Source: Silvanigrellaceae bacterium
Lineage (GTDB): Bacteria > Bdellovibrionota_B > Oligoflexia > Silvanigrellales > Silvanigrellaceae
Assembly (NCBI GenBank): GCA_049423385.1
Contig: JBMSQQ010000022.1
Location: forward strand, 1-41,160
Direction: 5' to 3'
Length of the DNA: 41,160 nt
Shown: in pieces, positions 27,493 through 36,620 of the stretch
Layout of the letters: every line of letters begins with the position of its first letter
How positions within the stretch are numbered: the first letter of the stretch is position 1
Notes under the pieces: generated by a model
What the model was told of the DNA's origin: nothing
Seen by the model: only the letters and a program-made list of their open reading frames with translations
Databases searched by the model: none
Made by a program: the position numbers and the translations under genes

Positions 27493-29237
27493 GAGAATTC
27501 ATCGCCGCGCTCCGTGCCAGAGGAGAAGTCCAGGACATCGAGACGCAGGTGGACCCCAACCTTGAACTCGCCGAAATCCATCGACGGGTTATCGAAGCCA
27601 ACGGAAAGGTCCTGTTTTTTAAAAACGTGAAAGGCAGTCCGTTTCCGGTTGTCACAAACCTCTTCGGCAACGTCTCGCGAATCGAACTTGCATTCGGCAA
27701 CAGGCCCGAAAAATTTGTTCAGCGCGCGGCCGATCTGGTGCATCACGCTCTTCCACCGCGATTTTCAACGCTGTGGGGTGCTCGTGATTTGGCATTCGAT
27801 GCTCTGAAAATCGGAATGCGCAACCGCAGGAATGCGCCGGTGTTTGAAGTTGAAAGCCCCCTGATTCCAGGTCGTGGACTCGACGAATTGCCTGCGCTGG
27901 TGCAATGGCCGGAGGATGGCGGAAGATTTGTTACGCTACCACTCGTATACACCCAGCATCCTGAATCGGGAAAACACAATCTGGGCATGTACCGGATTCA
28001 CATCTATGATGAAAAAACGACGGGCATGCATTGGCAAATCCACAAAGGTGGCGGATTTCATTATTCAGCCGCACAAAAGCAAAACAAGAGCTTGCCGGTA
28101 AACCTTTTGATTGGGGGCCCACCGGCACTGATCCTCTCTGCCATTGCACCGCTTCCTGAGGACATCCCCGAACTCATGTTGTGCAGTCTGTTGTTGGGTG
28201 AAAAACTCCCGATGACAAAACGCGATGAACTTCCCTATCCTGTGGTGAGCGAAGCTGAATTTGCAATCATTGGAGAAGTGCCAGCACATGATCGCCGAAT
28301 GGAAGGTCCGTTTGGTGATCACTACGGATATTATTCGCTCGCCCATCCTTATCCGGTATTCAACGTGAAGCGGATGTTTCACCGCAAAGATGCAATCTAT
28401 CCCGCGACAGTGGTGGGCAAGCCAAGGCAGGAAGATTTTTACATTGGCGACTATCTGCAGAAGTTGCTTTCACCCCTGTTTCCAATTGTCATGCCAAGCG
28501 TTCTTGAGCTTAAGACCTATGGTGAAACAGGCTTTCATGCTCTTGCTGCAGCACGTGTGAAGGACCGCTATGAACGTGAGGCCATTGCAAGTGGTCTTCG
28601 CATTCTGGGTGAAGGTCAATTGTCGTTGCAAAAGTTTCTGATGCTCACCGACGGCAACGTCGACCTCAACAATTTCCGACAAACCCTGGTGCATTTTCTC
28701 GAGCGCACAAATTGGGAAAAAGATCTCTTTGTCATCAGCAACGTGAGCCAGGACACCCTGGATTACAGTGGGCCCAAGGTAAACGAAGGCAGCAAGGGAA
28801 TCTGGCTCGCATTGGGTGATAAAAAGCGCGAATTGAACGGTGAACCACCGGGTCAACTCCCCTCTGGAATTCGTTCTGCAAAAGTCTTTGTCCCGGGCTG
28901 TCTTGTTGTCGACGGGCCGCGCTATCCGGAAGCCAAGAACTTTGCATCCGAGATTGCAAATCACCCGGGTTTGAGCAAGTACGAACTTGTTTTGTTGGTG
29001 GACGACGTGGAAGAGGCGACCCGCAACGAAGAAAAATTCCTCTGGACCTGGTTCACCCGATTTGAACCTGCCGCCGACATCCACTCGGCAAAAATGACCC
29101 ACCAGAGGTTTCACACCGCACTCGAGAAACCCATTGTTTTCGACAGCCGCATGAAGCCCTGGTACCCGGGAACCGTTGAACCTGACCCGGAAACTGTCAA
29201 ATTGGTCGACCGTCGCTGGAAGGAATATTTCCTCTGA
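27480..29237 (+). CDS. UbiD-family prFMN-dependent decarboxylase (menaquinone/MqnL-like)
   Basis: NLGMYR, MHWQIHK, EGPFGDHYGYY, VGKPRQED and DTLDYSG; overlaps the AI-2E stop by 13 bp. Confidence 0.92.
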   Translation: MRNLREFIAALRARGEVQDIETQVDPNLELAEIHRRVIEANGKVLFFKNVKGSPFPVVTNLFGNVSRIELAFGNRPEKFVQRAADLVHHALPPRFSTLWGARDLAFDALKIGMRNRRNAPVFEVESPLIPGRGLDELPALVQWPEDGGRFVTLPLVYTQHPESGKHNLGMYRIHIYDEKTTGMHWQIHKGGGFHYSAAQKQNKSLPVNLLIGGPPALILSAIAPLPEDIPELMLCSLLLGEKLPMTKRDELPYPVVSEAEFAIIGEVPAHDRRMEGPFGDHYGYYSLAHPYPVFNVKRMFHRKDAIYPATVVGKPRQEDFYIGDYLQKLLSPLFPIVMPSVLELKTYGETGFHALAAARVKDRYEREAIASGLRILGEGQLSLQKFLMLTDGNVDLNNFRQTLVHFLERTNWEKDLFVISNVSQDTLDYSGPKVNEGSKGIWLALGDKKRELNGEPPGQLPSGIRSAKVFVPGCLVVDGPRYPEAKNFASEIANHPGLSKYELVLLVDDVEEATRNEEKFLWTWFTRFEPAADIHSAKMTHQRFHTALEKPIVFDSRMKPWYPGTVEPDPETVKLVDRRWKEYFL

Positions 29238-29335
29238 CCATTGCCACTCCGACGTCGCACTTCTGACCCCCTGCAGAAATTGAACTCATTCCCTGGAAAG
29301 AGATCGGTCATCCTCGAGCGGGAGGCGTCGCGCTC

Positions 29336-29776
29336 ATGAAGCCGCATTCGCTCGAGGCAGAATATGTCTCGCTTGGTGCTTCGCTAAAAGCACGGGCGAA
29401 CGAATTGATGTCGGAATCCCCGATGTTCGGCGGATTCTGGGAGCGATGGTGCAATGAGCACGTCCTTGTGGTTCGCGAGATATCAAACCGGGATTTTGAT
29501 TCCCGGAGCCTGGCAGGCCTTGATGCCTTGGGTCCAGACTTTTTGACTCGCAGACAGAGGATGGTTTCGACTCTCATCCAGGGACTCAAGCCGACAGGCC
29601 TGAACTCCCCGGAAAAGCGAAATGAGATTAAAAATCTCATCCGCGATCACGATTTGGGTTTCATCGCGTTGCTCCAAAAGGAATTGGAAAACGTGAAAGA
29701 TCAAATGGCTCGTGCATATACGGTCAAGAAAACCGTATCGGCATATGCACAAACGGTTCAGTACCGGGGGGAGTAG
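29336..29776 (+). CDS. Hypothetical helical protein, FlgN/FliT-like size and tail
   Basis: GGAGG RBS; 146 aa predicted helical; C-terminal 'KKTVSAY' resembles flagellar chaperone tails (weak). Confidence 0.5.
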   Translation: MKPHSLEAEYVSLGASLKARANELMSESPMFGGFWERWCNEHVLVVREISNRDFDSRSLAGLDALGPDFLTRRQRMVSTLIQGLKPTGLNSPEKRNEIKNLIRDHDLGFIALLQKELENVKDQMARAYTVKKTVSAYAQTVQYRGE

Positions 29777-29778
29777 GG

Positions 29779-31962
29779 ATGCTGAAGGTCGACAAGAAGA
29801 ATCAAGGTGGTCAGCGCAACAACAAAACGGTGACAGCCTCAGACAAAAAAGGCTCAACCTCCTCGCCTGCGAAAGCCGACGAAAGCAAAGTGAAGCCGGC
29901 CAAGCTGGACACACTCAAGTCGAATCCATCGAGCGACAAGCTCATCGACATCATTGAACGAATGAAGTCGAATCCAGAACAAAACTCACCCGCGAAGCAA
30001 AATGAATCGCAGGTGGCACAGATTGGCAAGAAGGTTGCTTTTGTCGCTCCACTTCTTCCGCACCACTGCGAACTGGAAATTTGGAACAACGTCGTAAGAC
30101 AAACAGGCGTCACGGGTGTTGTGTTGACGGCTGATCAACAAGAACGTGCATTCCAGACGTTCGTTGAAACCTGCAACCTCGCAAAGGTGCCGGTTGCACT
30201 TTCGTGCAAGACTCTTGAAACGACACTGGAAAACAAATCATTCCTGGGCGGACTTGAAAACGAAATCCGCGATGCAGACCTCGTGGTTGCAGTCGGCGAG
30301 GCATCCCTTGCGACATATCAGGCCATGAAAGCTCGTCGCTCGCTGCAAAACAGGTTGCTGGTTTGGCAGAACGCTCCCAGACCGCCTTCAACTCTCGGAC
30401 TTTGGAAAGCAACTCCATTTGCCGCATTGCCACCCCAGATGACGCGCGAGAAAACCATCCGCCGGGAAGTGCTGAAGACCTGTGACGCGATTATTTCCCT
30501 CGACAAGGAAGGCGCAACATGGGCCTATCTTGAGGAAGTCAATCCTCAGCGCATCCGCCGCATCAACCGCGGCGTCAACACCGACATTTTCAATCTCGAG
30601 AATCTTGGCAAGAACAAAAACGAAATTCGCAAGGCATTGGGTCTTTCGGCAAACGACTTCATCTTTATGCAGACAGGTCCACTTGAGATCGACTCGGGTG
30701 CGCTGGACACCGTTTATGCATTCAAGTCGCTGATTCAAAGTCACACCAAGTTCACCGGCAAGGTCAAACTCCTGTTTTGCAGCACAGGTGCTTCGAGCGC
30801 TGACGTGCGTCAGGCGGTTGTTGACCTGCAGCTCGAGGACCATGTTTTCTTCCTGAATCCGAGCGAGTCAGGAAACAAGCTTCTGGTCGGAAATCAGCTA
30901 TCTCCCTTGATTGCGGCCTGCGACACACTGATTCACAGCCCATTGGCTCCATCCAACGGCAGTCCACACCGCTACCTCGACACAACCTATGACGTTTTGT
31001 GTGGTCTGGCCTGCGGCGTGACCGTCATCTCGAACGGATTTGGTTGGGCAGGAGAATTTGCAGGCAGATTCTACAAGACATTTGCCGGAGGCAACATTCA
31101 TAGCCTTTGCCGCACAATGTTCGAATCTGTTGATAAACGCGAAAAACTCACCAACGTTCGTCGCGCCGCATTCAAGGCTGTCGAAAATGAACTCAATTTC
31201 AAGCAGTCCGTTGATGAGTTCTCAAAAATCATCAGCAACACTTTGTCGGGACCACAGGTTCAGGATTCGAACTCAATCGAATCATGCTTTGAACAGATCG
31301 AGAAGACCATCCAAGGCAAGCAATACCTGGATGCGATTCACTTGATCAACAAAGCATTCACCATGGATGAATTGACCACCACCCAGAGAGCAAACCTTTT
31401 CCGCCACATTGGCGACTGCTTCACGAAACTGGGCGATCTTGAAAATGGACTTGCAAACTATACCCGCGCCCTTGAACTTGATCCCTACTGCGGGAAGTCG
31501 CTTATTGGCTTGGGAACTGTTGCATTGCAACAACACAACTACAATGTTGCTGTTCCTCAATTCCAAAAGGCTGTTGGACTTTCACCACGGGATGACATGG
31601 CAAGCCTCGGTCTTGGATTGGCATTCGAAGGCCTTGGCGAGCTCGAGGAAGCACGCCGCTGGACAAGCCGCGCTTGCACATTGAACATCGAAAATACGGT
31701 TGCAATTTTCAATCTTGTGAAGCTTGCATACGACACAGAGGTCTTCTCGGAAGCCGAAGAGGTTGTGTCACGCTATGTTGGTCTGCACCCGCATGACATC
31801 AACATGGTCTTTACCCTCGGTGGCATTGCATTCCGTTCGGGTAAATTGGAGGAAGCAACCAAGCTCATGGAAAACATCCTGATTCTTGATCCAATGAACA
31901 GTCGCGCTCACAGCCTCATGGCTCAGATTCAAAAGCGCGGCGACACCCGTCGGCAGGCATAA
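29779..31962 (+). CDS. GT-B (GT4-like) glycosyltransferase-fold protein fused to C-terminal TPRs
   Basis: INRGVNTDIF, IRKALGL and LACGVTVIS resemble GT4; C-terminal TPRs (YTRALELDP, FQKAVGLSP, ILILDP). Starts 3 bp after the upstream stop. Confidence 0.75.
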   Translation: MLKVDKKNQGGQRNNKTVTASDKKGSTSSPAKADESKVKPAKLDTLKSNPSSDKLIDIIERMKSNPEQNSPAKQNESQVAQIGKKVAFVAPLLPHHCELEIWNNVVRQTGVTGVVLTADQQERAFQTFVETCNLAKVPVALSCKTLETTLENKSFLGGLENEIRDADLVVAVGEASLATYQAMKARRSLQNRLLVWQNAPRPPSTLGLWKATPFAALPPQMTREKTIRREVLKTCDAIISLDKEGATWAYLEEVNPQRIRRINRGVNTDIFNLENLGKNKNEIRKALGLSANDFIFMQTGPLEIDSGALDTVYAFKSLIQSHTKFTGKVKLLFCSTGASSADVRQAVVDLQLEDHVFFLNPSESGNKLLVGNQLSPLIAACDTLIHSPLAPSNGSPHRYLDTTYDVLCGLACGVTVISNGFGWAGEFAGRFYKTFAGGNIHSLCRTMFESVDKREKLTNVRRAAFKAVENELNFKQSVDEFSKIISNTLSGPQVQDSNSIESCFEQIEKTIQGKQYLDAIHLINKAFTMDELTTTQRANLFRHIGDCFTKLGDLENGLANYTRALELDPYCGKSLIGLGTVALQQHNYNVAVPQFQKAVGLSPRDDMASLGLGLAFEGLGELEEARRWTSRACTLNIENTVAIFNLVKLAYDTEVFSEAEEVVSRYVGLHPHDINMVFTLGGIAFRSGKLEEATKLMENILILDPMNSRAHSLMAQIQKRGDTRRQA

Positions 31963-31989
31963 GCCGACTTTTTCCTTGGAGGTGAGACT

Positions 31990-32691
31990 ATGGCTGATAT
32001 TCGCGTGAATGGCCGCCGGATGGTAATTCTTCAGAGCGAGACCAGACTTCAAGCATTGGTTGAGAAACTCGACAACCTTGCTTACCGAAACAAAAGTTGC
32101 CTGACAGCAATGACAGTCGGTGGGCGCGACATTGACCTCGACAATCTTGATTCTCTCGAAATAAAGTTGCTTGGCGCCAATGACGTTGTTGAAGCGCGCA
32201 TCGAAAACACGGCCCAACTTTCGTTTGAAAGCCTGCAGGTCGCTCAGGAAATGGCAGAGCTTCTGGTTTTTGACATCAAGGTTGCCACGCTGAGAATGTG
32301 GGATTCAAACACATTTGCGGAAAAAGAATTGAGCACGCTTTTGAAGGATTGTCATACGTTTCTGACATTGGGCGCGCATCCGCTGGATCTTCTTCAGCGC
32401 TCTCCGCTTGAGTTGAGTGCAACTGCGCAGGAGTGCCTGATGGAACTCGACAGGATTGCCCACAATGTCGAAGATGCGACCCTTCTTGCTGTCCACACTC
32501 AATTCAAGGACGCTTGCCACGTGCTCGTTGGCAGGGTCATGCCAACCATTGAAAAGTGGTTGGGGCTGACGGCAGCCTTTGCGAAGGAACTCGAGATCGA
32601 CCGCATTGAGAAGCCGGCCCTGGTCGAACCGTCCGAGGTGATTCGACTCAGCTCACTGAACGGCTCGGCTCCGATTCACATAACACGTTAA
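31990..32691 (+). CDS. Hypothetical protein (small beta-rich N-domain plus helical C-domain)
   Basis: GGAGGTG RBS; 233-aa ORF that appears co-transcribed with the GT-TPR gene. Confidence 0.75.
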   Translation: MADIRVNGRRMVILQSETRLQALVEKLDNLAYRNKSCLTAMTVGGRDIDLDNLDSLEIKLLGANDVVEARIENTAQLSFESLQVAQEMAELLVFDIKVATLRMWDSNTFAEKELSTLLKDCHTFLTLGAHPLDLLQRSPLELSATAQECLMELDRIAHNVEDATLLAVHTQFKDACHVLVGRVMPTIEKWLGLTAAFAKELEIDRIEKPALVEPSEVIRLSSLNGSAPIHITR

Positions 32692-32725
32692 AAACAATAG
32701 ACAAAAAGACAACAAAATCATCCGC

Positions 32726-32757
32726 CACCCTGCTTTTGACGGCGGGTGTTTTTTTTT
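32726..32757 (+). terminator. Intrinsic terminator
   Basis: Bulged GC-rich stem CACCC(T)GC...GCGGGTG followed by T9. Confidence 0.65.
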
Positions 32758-32792
32758 GCGAAAGCGCGCCGATAACAACTTAGAGGTGTGCA

Positions 32793-33920
32793 ATGCTGCG
32801 CAAAGCGAAAATCAGCAAAATCGGAAGCTTGGCTCTCGCATGGGGAGTGCTCTTGCCGATGTTGTTGCGCGGCAATGCCGCCTTGGCAGCAGAATTGTCC
32901 CGCGAATACGTTTCCGCACCCCTTCTGGGTTCCGGAGGAGCCGGGCTCACCGATGTGACAGGTCTTGAGGCCCTCTTTTACAACCCCGCAAATCTTTCAA
33001 GAAGTCGGTCGGTCATCGGCGACATCATTCTCGTCAGCCCACAGGTTGAGGCCAGCGCCAATGGTCTCTCAATTTACAAGGACGTCAAGGCAAACAAGAA
33101 CATGCTCGACATTGTCGGCAGCGTTATTGGCCATCCCGTGAAAATTGGAGTTCAGAATGTCAGCGGTGCCAGTTTCCGGCGCACCGGTCTTGCCCTCCTG
33201 CAGCGTGTCGATCTGCAGATCTCTCTCAAAAACGATGCTGTTTCGGGTCTGCCCGTGGCATCGGTTTCATCGAGTGTGCGAGCAGGCGCTGCGTATGGAG
33301 TTGCCCGCAGTTTTGCAGGCAACACGCTGCATCTTGGGTTGACAGGTCTACTGATTCAAAAGGCCGAGGCGAATCTGAGCGTTTCAGCCTTGGAGGCTCA
33401 AAGCAAATTCGGCAACTCGGGTGGAAATTCGATATTGAACGATGCAATGAAGCGCGGCGTGGGTGTCGGTGGACACGTTGGCCTGCTCTTCACTCCCGAA
33501 GGAAGTTCTTCTCCGGAGTTCTCATTTGTCGCAAGAAACATTGGCATGAATTACGGTGTGGGCGGAAAGTCGAGCTCGGAAAGACCCTCATCCGAACTTC
33601 AGACATTTGATGTGGGAATGTCGTTGCAACCAGGTACAAAAAACAGTCGGGCGAGAATCTCGATGGATGTCTATGACGTGACAAACGTCTCCAAACAAAA
33701 TTTTTACAAACGACTTCACCTTGGAACCGAAGTCACCTTCTCAAATGTGCTCGGCGTTCTCGGTGGATTGAACCAGGGCTACACGACCTATGGAATCTTT
33801 CTGAATGCCCGGCTTCTGAGACTGGACGCGGGCATCTTTGCAGAAGAGATGGGCAAGTATCCGGGAGACAACAAAAGCCGCAGTTACTATGGCCGCCTGA
33901 CTGTGGGGTGGACAAAATGA
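32793..33920 (+). CDS. Outer-membrane beta-barrel protein (TraF-like/FadL-PorV-like)
   Basis: Signal peptide; GSGGAG...ALFYNPANL hatch motif; alternating beta-strands; aromatic C-terminal strand YYGRLTVGW. Confidence 0.75.
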   Translation: MLRKAKISKIGSLALAWGVLLPMLLRGNAALAAELSREYVSAPLLGSGGAGLTDVTGLEALFYNPANLSRSRSVIGDIILVSPQVEASANGLSIYKDVKANKNMLDIVGSVIGHPVKIGVQNVSGASFRRTGLALLQRVDLQISLKNDAVSGLPVASVSSSVRAGAAYGVARSFAGNTLHLGLTGLLIQKAEANLSVSALEAQSKFGNSGGNSILNDAMKRGVGVGGHVGLLFTPEGSSSPEFSFVARNIGMNYGVGGKSSSERPSSELQTFDVGMSLQPGTKNSRARISMDVYDVTNVSKQNFYKRLHLGTEVTFSNVLGVLGGLNQGYTTYGIFLNARLLRLDAGIFAEEMGKYPGDNKSRSYYGRLTVGWTK

Positions 33921-34675
33921 AAACAATCGCATTGAAGACAACGAGCAAAACCACCAGAAGTTCGCTTTGGGGATGCGTCTTCGCGATTTCGACAAGTGTG
34001 GTGACCACCTCGTTGCCCGTCTACTTCCTCTCAGGCTGTGGCAGCGGAAACGTCTTTTCGGGTGTGGTGAAACGCTCCGATTCAGACAAAGCGCAAGCGG
34101 CGTTGGAATCGGGCGACTATGATGCGGCGATTGAATCGTTGAACGCATACCTCAGGGACAACCCGGGCGATGCCTCGGCACGAGCCATGCTCGCAAATGC
34201 ATATCTCAAAAAATCGGGCGTCGACCTCCTGAAAATTGGCACTTCTTTTTCATCCGGAGACCAAAATGCATCCACCTGGACGATGGTGAGCGGGGCGCTT
34301 CCTTCAGGAACAGCCGAAAACGTGGCAAATGTTCAAGCCGCTGTAGACGCGCTCAGCAGTATTCCGCCGGAACAGAGAACCGATGAACAAAACTACCAGC
34401 TCGCAGTTGCACAAACCACACTTGCCGTGACCGTGGCCAAAAAGGTTGCCGGCGATGATTCGGGACAACTTACGACTGAAAAAATCGACCAGATGAGTGA
34501 CAGCGATGCTCTTACGATCTACAACGCTCTCAAGGGGAGCAAAGACGCAACAGGAGCGATGTCGACTCCGGACTCAAGCCTCAGCAAGGTGGGCTCCATC
34601 ACCGATGGCATTGATTCTCAGTCGGGCGCAACCGAAGCGGAGCGTTTGCGGAATTTTCTCAAAACCCAGCGCTGA
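33917..34675 (+). CDS. TPR-containing lipoprotein
   Basis: ATGA overlap with the barrel gene; lipobox LSGC; TPR AQAALESGDYDAAI...NPGDASARAMLANAY. Confidence 0.8.
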   Translation: MKTIALKTTSKTTRSSLWGCVFAISTSVVTTSLPVYFLSGCGSGNVFSGVVKRSDSDKAQAALESGDYDAAIESLNAYLRDNPGDASARAMLANAYLKKSGVDLLKIGTSFSSGDQNASTWTMVSGALPSGTAENVANVQAAVDALSSIPPEQRTDEQNYQLAVAQTTLAVTVAKKVAGDDSGQLTTEKIDQMSDSDALTIYNALKGSKDATGAMSTPDSSLSKVGSITDGIDSQSGATEAERLRNFLKTQR

Positions 34676-34687
34676 AATGGAAGCAAG

Positions 34688-35545
34688 ATGAAAATCCGTT
34701 GTCTTCAGACCAACCCGGGAGCTGATTCCGGAGAAAATCTTCGTCAGTTGGAAAGCATGCTGAGCTCGCTCGTTGTCCAGCCCGGCATTGCGAATATCGC
34801 CGTCCTTCCGGAAGTCTTCGCGGTCATGGGTGGCGACGACCTTCGCCTGAAAAGCGCAAACAATCTTGGCGAGGGTGTCTTCAAGACACTCTCCCGATGG
34901 GCAAAGGACTACAAGCATTTCATCGTCGGCGGCACCCACGCAGAAATCGCTGATGCAAAGAACAAAGTCTATAACACGGCCACCGTGTTTACCTCCGAAG
35001 GCGCGTTGCTGGATGTCTACCGAAAGGTTCATCTTTTCAATTTGAAAGATGCAAACGGCAACCCGCTCTATTGTGAATCCGACGTTTTTGAGCAAGGCAA
35101 GGAAACCAGTGTTTTCAGCATTTCCTCGGCAAATGAAACCTGGCAGTGCATGAATATTGTCTGCTATGACCTGCGCTTTCCTGAAATCGTCAGGCGCGAG
35201 ATTTCCAGATCAGGCCCTGTCGATGTCTTGTTTGTGACTGCAGCATTCACACATCAAACAGGCAAGGACCACTGGGAAGTGCTTTTGCGTTCCCGCGCAA
35301 TAGAAAATCAATGTTGGGTTGTGGCCTGCAATCAGACCGGATTTCATTCCGATGGTCGTAAACGAAACTGGGGCCATTCCATGGTCATCGATCCGTGGGG
35401 CCAGATTGTTGGGCAACTGGGTGAGGAAGTTGGAATTCTCGAAGCAAGCCTGACAAAAGATGGAATCACGTCTGCCCGCGGCAGGCTGCCAGCACTGCAG
35501 GACAAATATTTTAATCTTTCACCCGACAAGTCATCGCGCCAATAA
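34688..35545 (+). CDS. Carbon-nitrogen hydrolase (Nit1/deaminated glutathione amidase-like)
   Basis: Glu-Lys-Cys triad in LPE, YRKVHLF and CYDLRFPE; HWEVLLRSRAIENQ; GHSMVIDPWG. Confidence 0.93.
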   Translation: MKIRCLQTNPGADSGENLRQLESMLSSLVVQPGIANIAVLPEVFAVMGGDDLRLKSANNLGEGVFKTLSRWAKDYKHFIVGGTHAEIADAKNKVYNTATVFTSEGALLDVYRKVHLFNLKDANGNPLYCESDVFEQGKETSVFSISSANETWQCMNIVCYDLRFPEIVRREISRSGPVDVLFVTAAFTHQTGKDHWEVLLRSRAIENQCWVVACNQTGFHSDGRKRNWGHSMVIDPWGQIVGQLGEEVGILEASLTKDGITSARGRLPALQDKYFNLSPDKSSRQ

Positions 35546-35549
35546 CAGC

Positions 35550-36593
35550 TCAGGGCCGAGGATTTAGAATTTCCCTGACCACTTGTGAAAACTGCTGCGG
35601 AATTGATCCCGCAATCAATTCCCGCCTCAGCTTTTCACCAATTTTTTGGGAAGGCACCACGTAGGTGAGCAATGACCAGATTTCTTCATCCCTTTTTGAT
35701 TGAATCTCTCTCAAATAGGATGACTTTTGTATTCGCTCTTCCTTGGGAATGGCACCCGTCCAGACAATCCCAACAACCTCTCCCGTCTGTCGATTCACAA
35801 CGGGTGAGCCAGAGTCTCCATGCGAAACACTGCAGCCTGTCGCGAATGACCAGGCCTTGTATTCTGCTGGATTGAAACGATCGGGGTCTGCCATCAGGCG
35901 AAACTCATCGCGCCTCGAAACCACCCGACAATCAGAATTCTCATTCACGGTCATCATCCGAGAAGTATTGCCTGCGATTCCGAATCCGGCAGTGAGTAAC
36001 AATGTATTTTCCTCGAGTGGTTTACCGATAGAAAAATTGCCGGCAAACGGAAGCAAATCGACGTCTGCGAGATCCGCATTGTCCAGAACGAACAATGCCA
36101 AATCGATTTCGGGCCAAGTTCCAATCATCGCCTTGCAGCGATATCGCTGTTTTCTTGTCGAAAATTGAACCAAACGCCCGGGGCACAGTTGCGCACTGTC
36201 GAGCACGTGATGATTGGTGGCCATCACATGTTCTCCGGCGAATTTTCCCAAATAAAAAGAGGTTGCCGTATTGAAAAATGCAGTGGCATTCACCGAACGG
36301 CGATAGACCTGATCCCTGCCCGGCAATGCTGAAACGTCGACTTGTTGCTTGCCCCACTCATCGCCAATCTGGTAATCGCGCACACCACTGAAAAGAAACT
36401 CCAGCGAATCATCAAACAGATGGACCAATCGACCTGAACCCAAAAGCCGGAGAGGATGGATTCTGGAGTCACCCATCGGAGCTGGCGACAATTCCTCATC
36501 AGAAATTCCAGATGCAAGAACATGGGTCCGCAAAGCAACGAAAAAAAGAAAAAAAATGACGGACGAACGCGACAACAGAACTTTTCCATTCAT
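35550..36593 (-). CDS. Secreted trypsin-like serine protease
   Basis: Signal peptide; catalytic triad motifs TNHHV, DLALF and GDSGSP. Confidence 0.9.
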   Translation of the reverse strand: MNGKVLLSRSSVIFFLFFVALRTHVLASGISDEELSPAPMGDSRIHPLRLLGSGRLVHLFDDSLEFLFSGVRDYQIGDEWGKQQVDVSALPGRDQVYRRSVNATAFFNTATSFYLGKFAGEHVMATNHHVLDSAQLCPGRLVQFSTRKQRYRCKAMIGTWPEIDLALFVLDNADLADVDLLPFAGNFSIGKPLEENTLLLTAGFGIAGNTSRMMTVNENSDCRVVSRRDEFRLMADPDRFNPAEYKAWSFATGCSVSHGDSGSPVVNRQTGEVVGIVWTGAIPKEERIQKSSYLREIQSKRDEEIWSLLTYVVPSQKIGEKLRRELIAGSIPQQFSQVVREILNPRP

Positions 36594-36620
36594 ATCGTCG
36601 CCCCCAAAGGAGTTTCAGGA

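Noticed and set aside
32793..33920. TraF-like barrel as evidence of a conjugative element
   Set aside because: No relaxase, T4SS or integrase genes; the context is chromosomal.
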